Virus record (IMG/VR): IMGVR_UViG_3300033463_000001 | Location: 211,298 to 275,297 of that record | Strand: one strand, 5' to 3' | From: a virus | Lineage: Duplodnaviria > Heunggongvirae > Uroviricota > Caudoviricetes | DNA: 64,000 nucleotides | In this document: piece after piece, positions 27,413-36,091 of the stretch | Numbering within the stretch: the stretch's first letter is position 1 | Layout: every line of letters starts with the position of its first letter | The notes under the pieces: generated by a model | What the model was told of the DNA's origin: nothing | Seen by the model: the letters and a program-made list of their open reading frames with translations, nothing else | Database searches by the model: none | Program-made: the position numbers and the translations under genes

Positions 27413-28309
27413 TTATACATTTGCGATTACATGTACCTTCGGATTCTTACCTGTGTAGATGCTATCCGTTGTGTAGATACCGGACAGTTCACCAACCAAC
27501 AGAGCGTCGAGAAGTTTTGTGTTCTCTGGGTGTGCATCTTTGTCTATGTAGCTGTTCTCAAGGTGTGTGCAGTATGCGAAGATATTCTTGAAACCACACT
27601 CACGCAGTTCCGATGCGCTCAGCACAACTGTTTCTCCCGTAGAGATAATATCATCGATGATGAGAGCTACCTTGTTTGCGAAGTACTCCGGCGTTGTGAT
27701 ACCTTCTGTGCCACGATGCTGGTGTAACCCGAACTCAACAATCTCCCTGGTATCGAAGTTTCGCAGTTTCTTACCGTAGAATACCGTAGATGCCAACTCA
27801 GTATCATTTGCGATATCCTTGTAGCGCTCCATGGCACCCATATCCGGGAAACAGAGTACGACGTCTCGATTGATGTAGGTCTTAATACCTTCAATTACCT
27901 TGCGGATGTATGTGTCAGGCGACATGACCTGAACGTTGTTAATCAACTCGCATGCCTTTGCAGAGTGAGGGTCAAGGAAATAAACCTTGGTGAAATGTAG
28001 TGAGTTAATGACATCAGCGAAATGCTTCAGTGTAAATACCTGCTTCTCATCCTCAACACGGTCGAGTCGTGCGTTCGGCATGTACGGCACTGTAAGCGTG
28101 ATTTGCGGGCAGCGCTTATCCATGTTTTTAAACGTGTCACGGATGTGTTTAACGAGATAGATGATTGTGATTAGTTCACCTTCGTTTTCGTACGTCCAGT
28201 GAATATCCTGAACACCATGGTAGCGCACTGCAACGTTGAACATCTTCAGTGTTCCGTCGGCAAAGTGTTCGTTGCCGACAACTAATTCTCCATTATAAAG
28301 TGTTATCAT
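27413..28309 (-). CDS. prs: ribose-phosphate pyrophosphokinase family enzyme (PRPP synthetase or ADPR-PP synthetase-like)
   Basis: VPYMPNARLDR (compare IPYFGYARQDR), FLDPHS (DLH), VALIIDDIISTGETV (PRPP-binding loop), NIFAYCTHL. Divergent from housekeeping Prs. Confidence 0.75.
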   Translation of the reverse strand: MITLYNGELVVGNEHFADGTLKMFNVAVRYHGVQDIHWTYENEGELITIIYLVKHIRDTFKNMDKRCPQITLTVPYMPNARLDRVEDEKQVFTLKHFADVINSLHFTKVYFLDPHSAKACELINNVQVMSPDTYIRKVIEGIKTYINRDVVLCFPDMGAMERYKDIANDTELASTVFYGKKLRNFDTREIVEFGLHQHRGTEGITTPEYFANKVALIIDDIISTGETVVLSASELRECGFKNIFAYCTHLENSYIDKDAHPENTKLLDALLVGELSGIYTTDSIYTGKNPKVHVIANV

Positions 28310-29061
28310 ACTGTTTGTGTTGTGTACATTGTGTTAGGTTGTAACGAATTTGGTTCGCTTACAGGCTCTTTGTATTTCTCTGCCTTTTTGAAGTCTTCGT
28401 TGAACTCGATGTAAGCTGCTTTCCATTTGTCGAACTCTTCTTGAGTGATAGGGTAGATAGCGTACTTGTCAGCCATGTACATGAATCCTGCCTCGCCGGC
28501 CATGCACTTATCGTCACCTTCTTTCAACGGGTGTCCGATGAAGATGTGGCCAAGGTGTGCTTCGTGGAAGCTTGCAATACAATTAATTTCCTCATCCGGA
28601 CGGAACGAACGTGTGAATACAAATCTGTTTACAGTTCCGGCGTATTGTTTATTGAGTCCGAATGCAACCAAGTAAGCCTCGTTTTCTTCTTTGTATGCGT
28701 GGCCACCAATCTTGACGAGCTTCTTCGCATCTTCGTTTCCGATGATATATTCAACGAAATATTCAGCCTCTACCGTAGAAACAGTAGCCGTTGGAATGTC
28801 GATACCGTTCACCTCAGTGATTGTTTCAATCTTGAGTTTATAGATATCGTTTTCTACATCGTGCTCCACTTCAAGAACCTTATCGAACAAGCGCATGCAC
28901 GCGCCGTTTTGGAACTTGTTGGTGTGGAATACCGTACCAGGCACAACTGCCTCACAGAATTTCTGAACGAGCTTACCCTGCTTGTAGAGTGCAATTAACT
29001 CACGTGCCATGAATATCAACATGATAACAATGGCTACAATAAAGACAATCTTTACAGTCAT
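28306..29061 (-). CDS. hypothetical membrane-anchored protein
   Basis: 251 aa; N-terminal hydrophobic helix (IVFIVAIVIMLIFMA); start overlaps the pncA stop. Confidence 0.5.
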   Translation of the reverse strand: MTVKIVFIVAIVIMLIFMARELIALYKQGKLVQKFCEAVVPGTVFHTNKFQNGACMRLFDKVLEVEHDVENDIYKLKIETITEVNGIDIPTATVSTVEAEYFVEYIIGNEDAKKLVKIGGHAYKEENEAYLVAFGLNKQYAGTVNRFVFTRSFRPDEEINCIASFHEAHLGHIFIGHPLKEGDDKCMAGEAGFMYMADKYAIYPITQEEFDKWKAAYIEFNEDFKKAEKYKEPVSEPNSLQPNTMYTTQTV

Positions 29062-29657
29062 ACAGCATCTGATTTAATGACTTTAATCTGGCAACTTTTC
29101 ATCACGTCCAGCGCCTCTGCGTGTTTCTCCGGTGTTGTTCCAGCACTCAGGTCTTCAATGACACGAATAACAGCGTCAGGATAGGTTGCGCGCAGGATAA
29201 GTGCATTGCTTACAACACAAATATCGGTACATACACCCATTATATCAATCACGTATCCTTCTCCGGCGAAATCATCATTGTTTTTCCTGATAGGGATAAT
29301 GTCGAGCAGGTCATACATCCAGTGTATGTTGCCGAAGGTGTTTTTCTCAATACGACGGCATGACAGTTCGCTGAACTTATCTGCTACCTCGTTAATCTGA
29401 TGATTTAACGCATGACCCCACGAACCCTTGATGCAGTGCTCAACCGGCAGGTTTATACCTTCCAACGTCTCAAGATAGTTTTTCTCGTGCGTATCGAGAG
29501 TGAAAACGGTCATCTCGTAGTCCTTGTGTGTGCGTTCCAGGAAATCAGCCATCTTCTCTACAATGGCAACCGTATCCTTATTTGCGAGTGTTCCGGTCTG
29601 TGAACAGAAGTCGTTTTGCATGTCAACGACAACCAGTAAATGTTTTGATTTAGACAT
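29058..29657 (-). CDS. pncA: nicotinamidase (isochorismatase family)
   Basis: LLVVVDMQNDFC, DTH, PVEHCIKGSWGHAL, IEK, MGVCTDICV match the PncA catalytic Asp/Lys/Cys and metal-binding positions. Confidence 0.8.
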   Translation of the reverse strand: MSKSKHLLVVVDMQNDFCSQTGTLANKDTVAIVEKMADFLERTHKDYEMTVFTLDTHEKNYLETLEGINLPVEHCIKGSWGHALNHQINEVADKFSELSCRRIEKNTFGNIHWMYDLLDIIPIRKNNDDFAGEGYVIDIMGVCTDICVVSNALILRATYPDAVIRVIEDLSAGTTPEKHAEALDVMKSCQIKVIKSDAV

Positions 29658-29669
29658 ATGCGTGCTGTG

Positions 29670-30542
29670 TTATCCGATGTTATACGAAGGAGCCAGTTCT
29701 GGTACCAATGAATCATTTACAGAGAAAAGGTAACGACCGTCACATAAAGTCGGCGTATCCTCTGTTTCAAATACAGTGTTATCCATGTCATACAAGAGTC
29801 CGGGAGCCGGTTGGAACATTGGAACAGGCATCAGCTTGAACAGGTTCTTGTTGTGACGATTGGTGATATTTTCAAGGTCTGTCTGCGATGCGCATTCGCC
29901 TGTACGGATATACTTATCAAGTGTTGCGTAGGTAAAACCGAACTTCTCTTCATCCGTAGCGCCAACGAGTCCATCAGCTGGAGCTTTCTCGATAAAGCGC
30001 TTATCAAGGCCGAGTTCATAGCCGATTTCCTTCACCTCACTTGCTGTTAGGAGTGCGAACGGCATTACGTCACCAACGGAGTCTCCCCAACGGGTCATCC
30101 ATCCAACCCAATCCTCAGAGTAGTTACTGGTGTTCACAACGCGGCCATTGCAAGACTGAGCCACTGCATATAGTACAGACATACGCAATCTCGGAGGCAA
30201 GTTCCACTTTGTCTGGTCAGTGATAGAGATGCCTGCGTCATCAATTCCTGCGAGGATGGCGTCGTATGCGCAACGTATATTAACCGTTACGTTCTGTATT
30301 CCAAGCGTTTTACACAGGTCTTGCGATACGTTAATGTCAGATTGTACACCATTCGGAATGAGAACACCGAGAACATTCTCCTTACCGATAGCAGCACAGC
30401 ACAACGCGGCCATGATACTTGAATCCTTGCCACCAGAGATACCGATGACGAGTTTACAACCTTTTGCGTTGGCCTCGTACCATGTAATCAGGAACCTCTT
30501 GAGTGATTCACATGTTTCTTTTCGATTGAAATTATAATTCAT
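29670..30542 (-). CDS. nadE: NH3-dependent NAD+ synthetase
   Basis: PP-loop VIGISGGKDSS plus LIPNGVQ, TVNI and C-terminal KAP.DGL...DE..FGFTY blocks align with NadE. Confidence 0.85.
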   Translation of the reverse strand: MNYNFNRKETCESLKRFLITWYEANAKGCKLVIGISGGKDSSIMAALCCAAIGKENVLGVLIPNGVQSDINVSQDLCKTLGIQNVTVNIRCAYDAILAGIDDAGISITDQTKWNLPPRLRMSVLYAVAQSCNGRVVNTSNYSEDWVGWMTRWGDSVGDVMPFALLTASEVKEIGYELGLDKRFIEKAPADGLVGATDEEKFGFTYATLDKYIRTGECASQTDLENITNRHNKNLFKLMPVPMFQPAPGLLYDMDNTVFETEDTPTLCDGRYLFSVNDSLVPELAPSYNIG

Positions 30543-30585
30543 ACAACGTGTATTTTCTTAAACTCAATACTAATATAGTCCTTTT

Positions 30586-31167
30586 TTAGGAATCTTGACT
30601 CTTTTCTACGTACAATTTGCAACAACAACGGTTCTTTGTACGATATCCCTCACATGGACAATGTAAATCTCCGTCATTCTCCGGGTGTTTGCACGGACAG
30701 TTGCCATCACAGCGTTGGATTCCCTTATAGATACCCTTTCGAACTGCTATATTGTCAGTCAGCTTAAATCCGTCCAACTCAGTGACAGGAACTAGGTACG
30801 TCGGTGCCTGTAGTTCAACGCGCTCTCCGTTTGGCTTATAGATGATGAACGCGAATGAGTAGCCATCCGTCTCGAAACCACGTATATCTCCGTACTCACC
30901 ATCCGGAAGTAGGTAGTCGCGACGTGTGTCTGCTTCATTTATGACGGTGTCAATCCACTCTTGCGCTCCTGCCGGAAGGTACTTGTTGTCGTTGATGAAT
31001 AAACCTTGTGCGTATGCCAGTTCCATCTGGTAGAAGAGCCTGCGCTCAGTGATATACTCTCCGCGAAGATACGGTTGCTCAATACGCAGGATAACCTTGT
31101 TGCCTTTACCGTATTTGCGCATCAGTTTCTTGAATATGCGTGCGTCTTTAGTAATATATGTTTTCAT
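30586..31167 (-). CDS. hypothetical protein with Cys-rich C-terminus
   Basis: 193 aa; C-terminal CDGNCPCKHPENDGDLHCPCEGYRTKNRCCC cluster suggests metal binding. Confidence 0.5.
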   Translation of the reverse strand: MKTYITKDARIFKKLMRKYGKGNKVILRIEQPYLRGEYITERRLFYQMELAYAQGLFINDNKYLPAGAQEWIDTVINEADTRRDYLLPDGEYGDIRGFETDGYSFAFIIYKPNGERVELQAPTYLVPVTELDGFKLTDNIAVRKGIYKGIQRCDGNCPCKHPENDGDLHCPCEGYRTKNRCCCKLYVEKSQDS

Positions 31168-31174
31168 GCGTGTG

Positions 31175-31226
31175 TTAAAAAATAGGAGGAATGTAGCCAG
31201 GACATTCCGTCAGCATACATTCCTCC
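31175..31226 (-). terminator. Rho-independent terminator downstream of the flotillin-like gene
   Basis: Perfect 10 bp inverted repeat GGAGGAATGT...ACATTCCTCC. On the minus strand it is followed by TATTTTTTAA. Confidence 0.6.
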
Positions 31227-31243
31227 ACCAATGATAGTAGTGA

Positions 31244-32752
31244 TTACTTACCCTGTTGTCCCAGGTCAACACTTGCCGTTGCAACAGTAGAGTTGTCTTG
31301 CATGATTCGACTCAGGTCAACGCCGGTAGCTTCTTTAACGACGTCCATGGTCTGTTTCATCAGCACTGGGACGTTCCCAGAAAGTCCGGAAACCTCATTA
31401 CCGGTTGTTCCATAGACACGTACATCACCAATCTGACTCAGCGGGCTTGCAACCTTCTCGGCAACCTCAGGAAGAACGTGTACCATCATCTCTGCAAGTG
31501 CTGCAGGACCGTATTTCTTGAATGCCTCAGCCTTCTTGTCCATTGCGGCTGCTTCTGCCTCACCTTTAGCCTTGATGGCTGCGGCTTCTGCCTTACCGAC
31601 AGCCTCGATACCGGCTGCTTTCTGTTGTTGAGCGAAGAGGTCTGCCTCTGCCTTTGCCTTGATGGCGCGTGCTTGTTGCTCTGCCTCGTATGCTTCGGCC
31701 TCGGCTTTACGCTTGCGTTGCTCCAGTTCAGCTGCTGCGGCTTGCTCTTTCTGATACTTCTCAGCATCGGCTTGCTTGTTAACCTTTGCAGCGAGGGTCT
31801 TCTCCTGGATGGCAATCTCTTGCTCTTTGAGCTGTTGCTGTTGTTTTGCCTTCTCAACCTCTGCCTCAACGGCCTTGCGGTTAATAAGGAGTTGCTGCTC
31901 CTGAATACGAATCTCCTTTGCGGTAGAAGCCTCAACCGTCTTGACGTTAATGTCCTTTGCTTGCTCTTGTTTCTGAATCTCATAAGCTGCGTCAGCGATA
32001 GCCTTTTGTTTATCGGCCTTGCTTTTCAACTCAGACTGTTTGATGGACAGTTCAGTGTTCTTCTCGGCAATCTGCGTCTCTGCCTCAACGCGTGCATCGT
32101 TAGCCTCTTTCTGTGCAAGTGCTTTTGCAATAGCAACGTCGCGCTCTGCGTTAGCCTTGTTGATGGATGCATCTTTTGTAATCCTGCATGTGTTGTCAGC
32201 ACCGAGGGCGTAGATGAGACCGTCGTTGTCCTTAATGGTTTGAATGTTGCAAGAGATAATCTTGATACCCAGTTCTGTCATGTCCGGAGCTGCCTTTGCC
32301 TGAATCTGGTTAGAGAATCCGTCACGGTCAGTGTTCAACGAGCGTAGGTCTTGCGTACCGATAATCTCACGCATGTTACCTTGCAAGGAGTCACGAATTT
32401 CCTCTGCGATTTCCTCACGCGACTTATTAAGGAAGTTTGCAGCGGCAATGTCAATACAGTCACGGTCAATACTTACTTTGGCAACTGCGTCGACGTCAAC
32501 ATTGATAAAGTCGGATGTCGGAACGGGTGTACCTGTTTTGATGTCAACAGACAATTGTCCGAGATAGAGGGTATCAACACGATGCAATCCAGGGATACGG
32601 AATCCACCGGTACCAGTTAAATACCTCGGCTTTTTCAACGGCCAACCAGATACAACCAACGCTTTGTTTGGTCCAACTTTCACATAGCAGACTGCGAAGA
32701 ATAGCATCGCCAGTCCAAGCACTACAAGTGCAATAATTAATCCAGTACTCAT
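31244..32752 (-). CDS. flotillin-like SPFH/band-7 membrane protein
   Basis: 502 aa. N-terminal TM helix, SPFH-like core, then a >150 aa Ala/Glu/Lys/Gln coiled coil (EAEVEKAKQQQQLKEQE...), the classic flotillin (FloT/YqiK) architecture. Confidence 0.7.
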   Translation of the reverse strand: MSTGLIIALVVLGLAMLFFAVCYVKVGPNKALVVSGWPLKKPRYLTGTGGFRIPGLHRVDTLYLGQLSVDIKTGTPVPTSDFINVDVDAVAKVSIDRDCIDIAAANFLNKSREEIAEEIRDSLQGNMREIIGTQDLRSLNTDRDGFSNQIQAKAAPDMTELGIKIISCNIQTIKDNDGLIYALGADNTCRITKDASINKANAERDVAIAKALAQKEANDARVEAETQIAEKNTELSIKQSELKSKADKQKAIADAAYEIQKQEQAKDINVKTVEASTAKEIRIQEQQLLINRKAVEAEVEKAKQQQQLKEQEIAIQEKTLAAKVNKQADAEKYQKEQAAAAELEQRKRKAEAEAYEAEQQARAIKAKAEADLFAQQQKAAGIEAVGKAEAAAIKAKGEAEAAAMDKKAEAFKKYGPAALAEMMVHVLPEVAEKVASPLSQIGDVRVYGTTGNEVSGLSGNVPVLMKQTMDVVKEATGVDLSRIMQDNSTVATASVDLGQQGK

Positions 32753-32837
32753 AATTTAATTTAGTGTGTTTTGTGAATTTCGTATCTAATATAGTCCGGA
32801 TAATCCGATTCTTGTAACGAATACTTGATTATTTTAG

Positions 32838-32846
32838 TATTTATTG
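32838..32846 (+). promoter_or_regulatory. TATTTATTG motif (copy 3)
   Basis: AGTATTTATTGTCAG, 19 nt upstream of ATG 32866. Confidence 0.4.
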
Positions 32847-32865
32847 TCAGATAATATATTATAAC

Positions 32866-33354
32866 ATGACGAAGTTGAATGAGAAAAATAAAGCTGTACG
32901 CGTAACGGAGGCTCAGCTGAATGAGATTACACGTATGACTGTCAGTCGCATGCTCAAGGAGGAAATTGCAAGTCAGAAGCACTCGATGGAGGAGCAACTG
33001 CAGGAAGCTATTGATACAATTGTATTCGGTCTCCTGGATGAAGCATGTGGTAAGAAAAAGGCAAACCTTGAGGAATACGGACCTGAGAATCTTTTCGCAA
33101 AGGACAGCCGCATTGCCGCTAATGGTTATGTAAACAAATCCGTTAACATGCCGAACCCTCACCAGCAATCCTACTACAGTGGTAACCCGTATCTTGGAGA
33201 CACAGACTCCAACCGTATGCAACAGGATATCGAGGACTTCAACCAAAAGATTAAGCGTAGCGCTCACAACAACTTGATGCGTGCATTGAAAGCCGCAGAC
33301 AAGCGTCCTCTTTATGGCAAAGATGCATTGAATAACGTCGGTGCACAGGCTTAA
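32866..33354 (+). CDS. hypothetical protein (162 aa)
   Basis: ORF with upstream TATTTATTG motif; helical N-terminus, Asn/Gln-rich C-terminus. Confidence 0.5.
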   Translation: MTKLNEKNKAVRVTEAQLNEITRMTVSRMLKEEIASQKHSMEEQLQEAIDTIVFGLLDEACGKKKANLEEYGPENLFAKDSRIAANGYVNKSVNMPNPHQQSYYSGNPYLGDTDSNRMQQDIEDFNQKIKRSAHNNLMRALKAADKRPLYGKDALNNVGAQA

Positions 33355-33408
33355 TTTGGATAAATTCCTAATTCTTGTTTGAGAACTGCCAAGAATTAAA
33401 AACTTGGC

Positions 33409-33417
33409 TATTTATTG
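33409..33417 (+). promoter_or_regulatory. TATTTATTG motif (copy 4)
   Basis: GCTATTTATTGGTAG, 16 nt upstream of ATG 33434; identical TATTTATTGGTAG at 52065. Confidence 0.4.
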
Positions 33418-33433
33418 GTAGAAAGAACTGTAC

Positions 33434-34798
33434 ATGGCACGCGTATCAAAAGAAGACTTGTGGGAGTTGTTCCGAAACGGAGATAAACCGAATGAGGAAG
33501 ATTTCTTAACCCTATTAAACGAATGTTATAACGATGGGATTGACCCTATCGCTATGATTACGTCTTTTGGTACCCCTCCGGAGAATCCGGTTGAGGGTGA
33601 CATGTATATTGCTCTTGGTGTTGGCGGTGCACGCGACAGACTCTATCAATGGGATATTGTTGACGGTGTTTGGCAATGGGTTGAAGTTGCGATAGAGCAG
33701 GATAAGTTCTACAAGGTTGTTGGTACTTCCGAGGTATATATCTACGATGGTAGGTATTTTGATGTTATCGCCGGTTGCCCTGATAATGGTGTTAAGCGAT
33801 GGCTTGATGGTGACGTAGAAGAGATTCTCGGTGCTAGCGACGAGATGACCTCCGGTGAGACTCTCGTACAAAAACAGAATTTCCGTGACTTCTGGAATGG
33901 TGCTTTGTGGGTTGTTGGTGACCGCATGAAGATAAAAAACAGGGGAAAAACGTATATTATCTCCAATGTTCATGAGTCCATTACCCCTGCAGACCCTGTA
34001 TTCTCACCAAGTGGCACAACAGACAGCGTTTACAACCAATTGGTTTATATGTCCAGTTCGCCTGCCGGATATAACATCTACTACACAACGGACGGTTCTA
34101 CACCTACCACTGCAAGCACGAAATATACAAGCGCTGGTGTTACGTTAAGCCAGGATAAGAATGTTTCCGGCAAAACATACACTGTTAAGGCTATTGCTGA
34201 GTTGAACGGTGAATTGTCGGATAGTGCAACGACTGGTACGTATACGATACTTAGGCGCTTAGATGCTCCTGGTATTAGTTTTAACGGTAATGAGTATAGC
34301 TCTGCGCGTACGTGTACCTTAACCAGTAGTGACTCAGCAGACAAAATCTACTACACAACAGACGGCACAGACCCGACCAGTGGAAGCTCTGTATACCCAA
34401 GCGGTGGATTCGTTGTCTATTCATCATGTACGGTTAAGGCGATGTGCGTTAAGAGTGGCTGGGTGGACTCTTTGGTATCATCTACAGCTGTTACTCTTAA
34501 TACTAAGACGATGTACTACGGTATCGTTGATAACGCACCGACTGCAGAATCTGGTATTACCGCATTGCATAGGCTGGAAGCTAAGACTTTGCCACAGACA
34601 ATTGAAATCCTGGATAGTGGTATTAAGAAGGTATGTTTTGCATACGCTAAGACGATTAAGGACGTTACCTCAATCAAGGATGCAAGCGGACAGCAGTACT
34701 GGCCGGTTAACTTTACCAAGACAACGGTTGGTGATTACAAGGTATATACCATGAATAGTCCGGCTGACCAATATCAGATGAAATATACATTCTCATAA
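33434..34798 (+). CDS. virion fibre/structural protein with repeated IYYTTDGSxPT (chitobiase-C/CHB_HEX_C-like) modules
   Basis: 454 aa. Two copies of the motif (NIYYTTDGSTPTTAS and KIYYTTDGTDPTSGS). N-terminus resembles ORF 52093. Confidence 0.55.
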   Translation: MARVSKEDLWELFRNGDKPNEEDFLTLLNECYNDGIDPIAMITSFGTPPENPVEGDMYIALGVGGARDRLYQWDIVDGVWQWVEVAIEQDKFYKVVGTSEVYIYDGRYFDVIAGCPDNGVKRWLDGDVEEILGASDEMTSGETLVQKQNFRDFWNGALWVVGDRMKIKNRGKTYIISNVHESITPADPVFSPSGTTDSVYNQLVYMSSSPAGYNIYYTTDGSTPTTASTKYTSAGVTLSQDKNVSGKTYTVKAIAELNGELSDSATTGTYTILRRLDAPGISFNGNEYSSARTCTLTSSDSADKIYYTTDGTDPTSGSSVYPSGGFVVYSSCTVKAMCVKSGWVDSLVSSTAVTLNTKTMYYGIVDNAPTAESGITALHRLEAKTLPQTIEILDSGIKKVCFAYAKTIKDVTSIKDASGQQYWPVNFTKTTVGDYKVYTMNSPADQYQMKYTFS

Positions 34799-34811
34799 AC
34801 ACAGTTGAGAT

Positions 34812-35114
34812 ATGCCAAAGATAGGTGCCAATTTTACATACACAGCCTACGAGCCGAACTTCACGCGCGACCAATATGCAACGCTTGAAGACATGAGTGG
34901 TGTGACCATTATGGATGAAGGCCACCTTGCTTATTGTAAAGAAACGAAGAAAACCTACCGATTCCAACCATATAGCGAATTCGTTGCTCCGGTCGGGTAC
35001 TGGCGAGAATGGGAAGCGGAGAATATTATCGATGATAACTCGCGAAGTACAAATAAGACATGGAGTGCGCATAAGCTAAGTGCGATGGAACTAATGATTT
35101 ACGCTGCGATGTAA
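34812..35114 (+). CDS. hypothetical protein (100 aa)
   Basis: Compact ORF 13 nt after the upstream stop. Confidence 0.45.
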   Translation: MPKIGANFTYTAYEPNFTRDQYATLEDMSGVTIMDEGHLAYCKETKKTYRFQPYSEFVAPVGYWREWEAENIIDDNSRSTNKTWSAHKLSAMELMIYAAM

Positions 35115-35115
35115 C

Positions 35116-35550
35116 ATGAGGTATAGAATAAACACATATGATGTCAACAAGACGGAAGATAGCGTTCGGTTGTTGATTAAAGCTCCGGAAGATGCCACCA
35201 TTGAGGGCATCCGACTGGTTATTGACGAATCGAAAACCTTACCTCTTGTTAGCTCGATGCAGAAGGGTAATGCAACGCTGGAGTCTGGTGTCACTGGCGG
35301 AGATTTTACACATGCCATTATTATACAAAGTGGTGTTGTTGACGAGGTTGGATTAAAGCTTGGCATAGCCAGCGCCTTTACTTTTGTAGAGGAGAGTGAT
35401 GAGTTTACCATTGAGGTAGACTGGGGAGATAAACTAGAAGATGTCATTGATTTAATAGGAGACCTAAACGAAATCTTGGAGGCTATTAATGGAGACACAG
35501 TTGACGGAATAGTTGCGGATTATCTAGAAGAACATCCAATAACTCCGTAA
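35116..35550 (+). CDS. hypothetical protein (144 aa)
   Basis: ORF 1 nt after the upstream stop; acidic. Confidence 0.45.
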   Translation: MRYRINTYDVNKTEDSVRLLIKAPEDATIEGIRLVIDESKTLPLVSSMQKGNATLESGVTGGDFTHAIIIQSGVVDEVGLKLGIASAFTFVEESDEFTIEVDWGDKLEDVIDLIGDLNEILEAINGDTVDGIVADYLEEHPITP

Positions 35551-35561
35551 TAAACAAAAAA

Positions 35562-35592
35562 CCGATGCCATTCACGGACATCGGTTTTCTTT
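35562..35592. terminator. bidirectional Rho-independent terminator
   Basis: AAAAAA-CCGATGcc-attcacgga-CATCGG-TTTTCTTTTT between convergent genes. Confidence 0.65.
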
Positions 35593-36090
35593 TTAGTTGA
35601 CATTAATAAACATTTTATGTGGCGCGCGAGATTTACCACCGAAGTAGAAGCCAAGCGTTGTTAGGAAACATGCGCTAGACCTCATATCAGAGAACAAAGA
35701 TACCTCATTTCCGTCAATCAGAAATCTAAATGTATAGTCTCCAAGAACTTCACTTATGCGATTTACTTCGATTCTATACGTATGCTGTTCACCAACATTT
35801 AAAGAAGCAATTTTGTTCTTTGTGAGTACTCCATTTTTGTATATGTAGCTCCAAATATAGATACTATTCATATACTCATTGTACGTCCATCCGAATCGTA
35901 TCGAGTTCTTATGCACACCGAAACCAAAACAGAATCCAAATAGTTTATTCACACAGCTCGGCTCGTCAATACTATATTTGCATGACTCATCGAATGCAAT
36001 AGTGCGCTCCATATAGAAGTATGAACTTGGTCTTTTGAACCACGGAATGAAGGTTGAATAGTGACAACCTTTAAATATTGTTTGCCTCAT
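35593..36090 (-). CDS. hypothetical protein (165 aa)
   Basis: ORF at the start of a minus-strand block; aromatic-rich; no motif. Confidence 0.45.
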   Translation of the reverse strand: MRQTIFKGCHYSTFIPWFKRPSSYFYMERTIAFDESCKYSIDEPSCVNKLFGFCFGFGVHKNSIRFGWTYNEYMNSIYIWSYIYKNGVLTKNKIASLNVGEQHTYRIEVNRISEVLGDYTFRFLIDGNEVSLFSDMRSSACFLTTLGFYFGGKSRAPHKMFINVN

Positions 36091-36091
36091 A

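Noticed and set aside
31256-32347. 363 aa + strand ORF (Leu/Cys-rich) and 31486..31983 Arg/Gln-rich ORF
   Set aside because: These are antisense reading frames through the low-complexity coiled-coil region of the flotillin-like gene. They are compositional artefacts.
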